A DNA stretch of 24,184 nt, taken from positions 1 through 24,184 of the forward strand of contig CBDURU010000048.1 of assembly GCA_965369865.1 (NCBI GenBank), given 5' to 3'. The notes beneath the pieces were generated by a model that saw only the letters and a list, made by a program, of their open reading frames with translations, was not told the origin of the DNA and did not search any database. This DNA is from an uncultured bacterium. GTDB lineage: Bacteria > JAJVIF01 > JAPKYR01. Position 1 is the stretch's first letter. Each line of letters begins with the position of its first letter. The position numbers and the translations under genes are program-made. This document shows positions 24,090 through 24,184 of the stretch, one piece after another.

Positions 24090-24184
24090 ATGAAAAATCT
24101 ATATTTTGTTATTTTTGTATTTGCACTGCTCACAATCGGTTGCGGAGGGGGTGGTGGTTCTACAACACCAGCCGTACATGATTT
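24090..24184 (+). CDS. Lipoprotein, 3'-truncated by window edge
   Basis: AGGAG RBS; MKNLYFVIFVFALLTIGC-GGGGGSTTP signal peptide II with Gly linker. Confidence 0.75.
   Translation, partial: MKNLYFVIFVFALLTIGCGGGGGSTTPAVHD

Overview
Bacterial chromosomal window (lineage not determinable from sequence alone). Housekeeping genes flank an accessory block. On the left is the 3' half of pyrK, carrying an in-frame SAPTN pentapeptide repeat. On the right are tRNA-Gly, tig, DUF1284, clpP and clpX, then a CAP-domain protein, two lipoproteins, two membrane-anchored sulfatase-like paralogs, amrS and a partial lipoprotein. The ~11 kb accessory block between pyrK and clpX has no integrase. It contains (1) a ~400-nt non-coding region on the minus strand with a near-consensus sigma70 promoter and a nested, G.U-rich multi-helix fold closed by an 18-bp helix, a candidate large ncRNA I cannot assign to a known class; (2) a restriction-modification-like defence locus, with an N6-adenine MTase, three accessory genes including DUF3800 plus a convergent promoter-hairpin unit, and a PLD-nuclease/SNF2-helicase fusion; (3) an intact orphan Mu-gpT-like major capsid gene with a repeat-expanded acidic N-terminus and one small partner gene, with no other phage genes in the window. 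All family assignments come from motif recognition and all RNA structures from manual pairing; no searches or folding programs were run.
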